Assembly (NCBI GenBank): GCA_024275995.1
Contig: JAJRYB010000037.1
Location: forward strand, 4,987-68,986
Length of the DNA: 64,000 nt
From: Planctomycetota bacterium
Lineage (GTDB): Bacteria > Planctomycetota > Phycisphaerae > SM23-33
Reading direction: 5' to 3'
In this document: positions 59,086 through 64,000 of the stretch, piece after piece
How the letters are laid out: each line of letters begins with the position of its first letter
Position numbering within the stretch: position 1 is the first letter of the stretch
Notes under the pieces: generated by a model
What the model saw: the letters and a program-made list of their open reading frames with translations, nothing else
Told to the model about the DNA's origin: nothing
Databases searched by the model: none
Program-made: the position numbers and the translations under genes

Positions 59086-62000
59086 ATGTCCCGACGCATG
59101 GTAATGATGGACGGCGGACAGGCCGTCTCGCACGTAGCCCACAAGATTAACGAAGTCATCGCCATCTACCCCATCACGCCCTCCAGCGACATGGGCCAGT
59201 ACGCCGACGAAATGTCGGCGCGCGGCGAGAAGAACATATGGGACACCGTTCCGCTGGTCTGCGAGATGCAGTCCGAAGGCGGCGCCGCCGCGGCTGTGCA
59301 CGGGGCGCTGCAGACCGGTTCGCTGACCACCACCTTTACCGCCAGTCAAGGCCTGCTGCTGATGATCCCGAGCATGTACAAGATAGCCGGCGAACTGACG
59401 CCGACGGTCTTCCACGTCTCGGCCAGGTCGCTCGCCTGCCAGGCGCTGAGCATTTTCGGCGATCACAGCGACATCAATGCCGTTCGCCAGACCGGTTTCG
59501 CCCTGCTGGCATCCGGTTCGGTGCAGGAAGCGATGGACATGGCTTTGATCGCCCACTCGGCGACGCTCGAGACGCGGGTGCCGTTCGTCCACTTCTTCGA
59601 GGGCTTCCGCGTTTCGCACGAAGTGGCGAAGGTCGAAGAAATCACGATCGATGACATGAAGGAAATGATCGACGACACCCTTGTCATGGCACACCGCCGC
59701 CGCGCGATGAATCCGGACGCGCCGACAGTTCGCGGAACCAGCCAGAACCCCGACGTCTACTTCCAGGGACGCGAGACGGTGAACTCCTACTATCTCAAGT
59801 GCCCGGAAATCCTCCAGAAGCACATGGACAAATTCGCCAAAATCGTCGGGCGCGAATACCACCTGTTCGATTACGAAGGGGCGCCGGACGCCGAGCGAGT
59901 CATCGTAATGATGGGCAGCGGCGCAGAGGCCGCCCACGAATGCATGGACATCCTGAACGCCGGCGGCGAGAAGGTCGGGCTGCTGAAGGTGCGACTGTAT
60001 CGTCCCTTCGGCGTCGAAAATTTCGTCAACGCACTTCCGGAAACGGTGAAAAAAATCGCCGTGCTGGACCGCACGAAGGAACCCGGCTCCGCTGGCGAAC
60101 CTCTCTACCTGGACTGCGTAAACGCCTTAGCCGAAACCGGGCGGAACGTCCGGGCCGTCGGAGGCAGGTACGGACTGGGCAGCAAGGACTTCACCCCGGC
60201 GATGGCGAAGGCGGTATTCGACAGCCTCAAGAGCGAGAAGCCGAAGAACCACTTCACCATCGGAATCAATGACGACGTGACCCACACGTCCCTGGACTAC
60301 GACCCTTCTTTCAGCTCCGAAGGCGACGACGTCGTACGGGCGATGTTCTACGGGCTGGGCAGCGACGGGACCGTGGGCGCCTACAAGAACTCGATCAAGA
60401 TCATCGGCGGAGAGACCGACAACTACGCCCAGGGCTACTTCGTCTACGACTCGAAGAAGGCCGGCGCCATTACGGTCAGCCACCTGCGGTTCGGCCCGAG
60501 GGTCATCCGGTCGAGCTACCTTGTGGACCGCGCGAACTTCATCGCCTGCCACCAGCACGTATTCCTCGAACGATACGACGTGCTGGGACCGGCTATCGAG
60601 GGGGCGACGTTCCTGCTGAACGCACCCTGCCCGACCGAGGAGGTATGGGACAAGCTGCCGCGAAACGTGCAGAGGCAGATCGTCGAGAAGAAACTCAAGT
60701 TCTACGCGATCAACGCATACGAGGTCGCCAAGGCGACCGGGATGGGCGCCCGCATCAACACCATCATGCAGACGTGCTTCTTCTACCTGTCAGGAATACT
60801 TCCGCAGGACGAGGCCATCGCCAAAATCAAGGACGCCATCAAGAAGACCTACGGAAAGAAGGGCGAGAAAATCGTCCAGATGAACTACGCAGCCGTCGAT
60901 CAGACGATCGAACACCTGCACGAGATCAAACCCGCCAACGCGGATTCCGAAATCGCCCGGCAGGGAATCGTCCCGGACGAAGCGCCGCAGTTCGTCAAGG
61001 ACGTGACGGCGAAGATCATGGCGGGACTCGGCGAAACGCTTCCGGTAAGCGCCATGCCGGATGACGGGGCCTGGCCGACCGCTACGACACAGTGGGAGAA
61101 ACGCAATATCGCGCTGGAAATCCCCGTGTGGGAACCCGACCTGTGCATCCAGTGCGCCAAGTGCTCTGCCGTCTGCCCGCACGCGACGATCCGCGCGAAG
61201 GTATATGATCCGGAGCTTCTGAAGGACGCCCCGGAGGCGTTCAAGGCCGCCGACGCCAGGGGCAAGGACTTCGCCGGGCTGAACTGGACGATCCAGGTCG
61301 CACCCGAAGACTGCACCGGATGCGGAGCATGCGTTCAGACCTGCCCCGGAAAGAGCAAGGAAGACCCGACGAAAAAGGCGATAAACATGTCGTTCCAGCC
61401 GCCGCTGCGTGAGCAGGAACGCGAAAACTACAAGTTCTTCCTGAATATCCCCGAATACGATCGCGCGAAACTCAAAATCGGCACCGTCAAGGGCAGCCAG
61501 CTTTGCAGGCCACTGTTCGAATACTCCGGCGCGTGCGCCGGATGCGGCGAGACGCCCTACGTCAAGCTGCTGACGCAACTGTTCGGCGATCGCGCGATTA
61601 TCGGGAACGCCACCGGATGCTCCAGCATCTACGGCGGGAACCTGCCCACCACCCCCTACTGCACCAACGCCGATGGACGCGGTCCGACCTGGAACAACTC
61701 CCTGTTCGAGGACGCCGCGGAGTTCAGCTTCGGATTCCGATTAACGCTGGACAAGCGGATCGAATTCGCACGCGAGCTTGTGGCGGAGCTGAAGGACACG
61801 ATCGGGAGCGAACTCGCCGAGGCGATTCTGTCCGCCGACCAGTCCGACGAAGCGGGCATCGCCGCTCAGAGGAATCATGTGGCAAAACTCCGCGAGGCGC
61901 TGAACGGCCTGGATGAGCCGAAGGCTGTGCAACTGCTCAGCGTCGCCGACGCACTCGTTTCCAAGAGCGTCTGGGCGCTCGGAGGGGACGGGTGGGCGTA

Positions 62001-62634
62001 CGATATCGGTTACGGCGGCCTGGACCACGTATTGGCCAGCGGACGCAATATCAACGTGCTCGTGATGGACACGCAGGTCTACTCGAACACCGGCGGGCAG
62101 TGCTCCAAGGCGACAGGACGGGGCGCGGTGGCGAAGTTCGCAGCCGCCGGAAAACCAATGCCCAAGAAGGACCTGGGCATGATTTCCATGACCTACGGGA
62201 ACATCTACGTCGCGCAGGTTGCGATGGGCGCAAACGACAACCAGTGCGTAAAGGCGTTCGTCGAGGCCGAGAGCTACGACGGGCCGAGCATTATTCTCGC
62301 GTACAGCCAGTGTATCGCGCATGGTATCAACATGACGACGGGCTTCGGACAGCAAAAGGCAGCCGTGGCGTCGGGGTTCTGGCCGCTGTACCGGTTCGAT
62401 CCGCGCCTCGCGGAGCAGGGCAAGAACCCGCTGCAGCTGGACTCGAAGGAACCGAGCATCTCGATTGAACAGTACATCTACAGCGAGAACCGATACAAGA
62501 TGCTTATCAAGAGCAACCCGCAAGAGGCGAAACGGCTTCTGCAACTCGCCCAGCAGGACGTTACGAACCGTTGGCACACGTATCAGCAGATGGCCGCGAT
62601 GACCTACGGAAATGGCGAGAAGGAAAAAGAGTAA
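59086..62634 (+). CDS. nifJ: Pyruvate:ferredoxin (flavodoxin) oxidoreductase
   Basis: 1182 aa. The N-terminus MDGGQAVSHVAHKINEVIAIYPITPSS is typical PFOR. Two 4Fe-4S ferredoxin motifs (CIQCAKCSAVCP, CTGCGACVQTCP). TPP-binding domain GDGW. Confidence 0.95.
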   Translation: MSRRMVMMDGGQAVSHVAHKINEVIAIYPITPSSDMGQYADEMSARGEKNIWDTVPLVCEMQSEGGAAAAVHGALQTGSLTTTFTASQGLLLMIPSMYKIAGELTPTVFHVSARSLACQALSIFGDHSDINAVRQTGFALLASGSVQEAMDMALIAHSATLETRVPFVHFFEGFRVSHEVAKVEEITIDDMKEMIDDTLVMAHRRRAMNPDAPTVRGTSQNPDVYFQGRETVNSYYLKCPEILQKHMDKFAKIVGREYHLFDYEGAPDAERVIVMMGSGAEAAHECMDILNAGGEKVGLLKVRLYRPFGVENFVNALPETVKKIAVLDRTKEPGSAGEPLYLDCVNALAETGRNVRAVGGRYGLGSKDFTPAMAKAVFDSLKSEKPKNHFTIGINDDVTHTSLDYDPSFSSEGDDVVRAMFYGLGSDGTVGAYKNSIKIIGGETDNYAQGYFVYDSKKAGAITVSHLRFGPRVIRSSYLVDRANFIACHQHVFLERYDVLGPAIEGATFLLNAPCPTEEVWDKLPRNVQRQIVEKKLKFYAINAYEVAKATGMGARINTIMQTCFFYLSGILPQDEAIAKIKDAIKKTYGKKGEKIVQMNYAAVDQTIEHLHEIKPANADSEIARQGIVPDEAPQFVKDVTAKIMAGLGETLPVSAMPDDGAWPTATTQWEKRNIALEIPVWEPDLCIQCAKCSAVCPHATIRAKVYDPELLKDAPEAFKAADARGKDFAGLNWTIQVAPEDCTGCGACVQTCPGKSKEDPTKKAINMSFQPPLREQERENYKFFLNIPEYDRAKLKIGTVKGSQLCRPLFEYSGACAGCGETPYVKLLTQLFGDRAIIGNATGCSSIYGGNLPTTPYCTNADGRGPTWNNSLFEDAAEFSFGFRLTLDKRIEFARELVAELKDTIGSELAEAILSADQSDEAGIAAQRNHVAKLREALNGLDEPKAVQLLSVADALVSKSVWALGGDGWAYDIGYGGLDHVLASGRNINVLVMDTQVYSNTGGQCSKATGRGAVAKFAAAGKPMPKKDLGMISMTYGNIYVAQVAMGANDNQCVKAFVEAESYDGPSIILAYSQCIAHGINMTTGFGQQKAAVASGFWPLYRFDPRLAEQGKNPLQLDSKEPSISIEQYIYSENRYKMLIKSNPQEAKRLLQLAQQDVTNRWHTYQQMAAMTYGNGEKEKE

Positions 62635-62667
62635 TTCGCCGATTGACGCGGATTTGAATAATCGAGG

Positions 62668-62699
62668 CGCGGCGGGTCGTCAGGCTCGCCGCGTTTTTT
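62668..62699. terminator. Rho-independent terminator (CGCGGCG-loop-CGCCGCG-TTTTTT) between convergent PFOR and argS
   Basis: 7-bp GC stem, 12-nt loop and a 6-T tract read directly. The T-tract overlaps the argS stop (TAA at 62698-62700 on the complement). Confidence 0.6.
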
Positions 62700-64000
62700 A
62701 CATCCGCTCGATGGTCTCGATACCGAGCAGGTCCAGGCCTCTGCGGATTGTTCGGGCGGTAAGTTCGCACAGCGCCAATCGGCTGGCGCGAAGTGCGTCT
62801 GTCCCGGCCTGGAGGACCGGGCAATTCTCGTAGAACCCCATGAACGCCCCGGCTAGCTCGTACAGGTATCCGCACAAGACGTTCGGCAGACACTCCGCCG
62901 CGACGGCGCCGATTGTTTCGGGAAACTGAAGCAGCTTGATCGCCAGCTTCCGCTCGGCGGCGTGGTCAAGCACAATCTCCGATGAATCCGTGTAATCCGT
63001 GTAATCCGTGGACTCGCCTTTGCGAAAGATGCTGCGGATCCGCGCGTAGGCGTATTGCATATACGGTGCGGTGTTGCCCTCCAGCGAGAGCATCTTGTCC
63101 CACGAGAACACGTAATCGCTCGCGCGGTTCTGCGAAAGGTCGGCGTACTTGACCGCACCGATACCCACGACCTCGGCGATTCGCTCCTTCTGCCCGTCGG
63201 GCAGGTCGGGGTTTTTCTCGTCAACCAGGCTGTGGGCGCGGGTTACCGCCTCTGCCAGCAGGTCCATGAGCTTCACCGTCCCGCCCTCGCGCGTCTTGAA
63301 CGGAGTCCTGCCGGGCCCGAGCATCATCCCGAACGGAACGTGCTCCAGCGAAACTTTTTCGGACACGAAGCCCGCCTTACGCGCGACGGTGAAAACCATC
63401 GCGAAATGCTGCGCCTGGCGGGAGTCGGTCACGTAGAGAATGCGATCCGCCTTCAGCTCGACGGCGCGATATCGCAATGCAGCCAGGTCCGTCGTGGCGT
63501 AGAGATAGCCGCCGTCGGACTTCTGCACGATCACGAATGCCCGCTCGTTGTCCTTATTGGTGAACTCGTCCAGGTAGACGCCCCGTGCGCCCTGGGATTC
63601 GGTCAAAAGGCCGACCTTATCCAGATCGGCGACCACCTCCGGTAAATCGTCGTTGTACGCACTCTCGCCGCGAACGTCGTCGCGGGTCAACAACACACCC
63701 ATTCGCCGGTAAATCCGCTCACAATGCTCCAGCGACTGGTCTCTGACCTCCTTCCAGAGGAGTTTAGGGAGGCGGCTCTTTCCAGATTGTAACTCTACCA
63801 ACACTTGTCTGGATTTCGCTGCAAACTCAGGGTTACTGTCGTAGAGTTGCTTGGCTTTGATATAGAACTTCTCCATATCCTGAATGGAGAAGTTTGAGAG
63901 ATTCATCTGTTCTTCTTCACGCGAGAATACATGATGAGCCGCTGGGTCGATCAGTGAAAACGCATAATAAGCGAGCATGCCGAACTGCGTGCCCCAGTCG
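62698..64000 (-). CDS. argS: Arginine--tRNA ligase, partial (5' end beyond window)
   Basis: The C-terminal anticodon-binding (DALR) domain ends ...LLGIETIERM. The catalytic-domain part is present. A TDYTDYTD insert comes from a 9-bp triple tandem repeat at 62984-63010. Confidence 0.85.
   Translation of the reverse strand, partial: DWGTQFGMLAYYAFSLIDPAAHHVFSREEEQMNLSNFSIQDMEKFYIKAKQLYDSNPEFAAKSRQVLVELQSGKSRLPKLLWKEVRDQSLEHCERIYRRMGVLLTRDDVRGESAYNDDLPEVVADLDKVGLLTESQGARGVYLDEFTNKDNERAFVIVQKSDGGYLYATTDLAALRYRAVELKADRILYVTDSRQAQHFAMVFTVARKAGFVSEKVSLEHVPFGMMLGPGRTPFKTREGGTVKLMDLLAEAVTRAHSLVDEKNPDLPDGQKERIAEVVGIGAVKYADLSQNRASDYVFSWDKMLSLEGNTAPYMQYAYARIRSIFRKGESTDYTDYTDSSEIVLDHAAERKLAIKLLQFPETIGAVAAECLPNVLCGYLYELAGAFMGFYENCPVLQAGTDALRASRLALCELTARTIRRGLDLLGIETIERM

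Overview
This is a high-GC (about 65%) bacterial chromosomal segment with very dense coding. The long 'ORFs' antisense to real genes are GC-bias artefacts.

Hallmarks point to the PVC superphylum (Planctomycetota-like). These are a PEP-CTERM sorting-signal protein and a prepilin-type (DUF1559, H-X9-DG) pseudopilin. Housekeeping genes present are rpsO-pnp, cspA, mutL, guaA, ileS, purN, nadE, lysA, dnaK, PFOR and argS.

The 5' third is a beta-glucan (laminarin/cellodextrin-type) utilisation locus on both strands. It contains two ABC sugar permeases and a solute-binding protein. An IS3-family element (orfA/orfB, A9 slippery site) lies just downstream of a GH94 phosphorylase stop codon. It also has a LacI regulator and a second GH94. 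Next come a secreted PEP-CTERM protein, a pseudopilin, and a 925-aa secreted GH16 beta-glucanase with duplicated N-terminal modules.

Then follow a response regulator, rpsO-pnp, cspA, a small histidine kinase, a LarA-like gene and a sigma-54 NtrC-type regulator. After these come mutL, a lipoprotein hydrolase, guaA, a MATE transporter, ileS-purN and a LeuA/HMGL-like DRE-TIM enzyme. A divergent methyltransferase/membrane phosphatase pair follows.

A signalling block comes next: a 1127-aa uncharacterised membrane protein, a hybrid HK-REC-HPt kinase and a stand-alone REC. Further on are an SDR, a zinc-ribbon membrane protein co-oriented with nadE, cupin and cyclophilin-like genes, and a SemiSWEET-like protein. 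A REP-flanked RAYT (IS200-like Y1 transposase) follows. The rest is lysA, glycerate kinase, HtrA, an APH-like kinase, a B12-binding radical-SAM enzyme, a lipoprotein hydrolase, dnaK, PFOR and a partial argS.

The most notable oddities:
- pnp is broken by a single in-frame TAA.
- The nearby histidine kinase is broken by a single in-frame TAG.
- Intergenic spacers repeatedly consist of AT-rich tandem heptamer repeats placed directly after stop codons.
- A RAYT is flanked by inverted GTGGGCAAC-NN-GTTGCCCAC REPs.
- The GH16 enzyme carries a tandemly duplicated ~190-aa N-terminal module of unknown function.

No tRNA, rRNA or CRISPR array was recognised.
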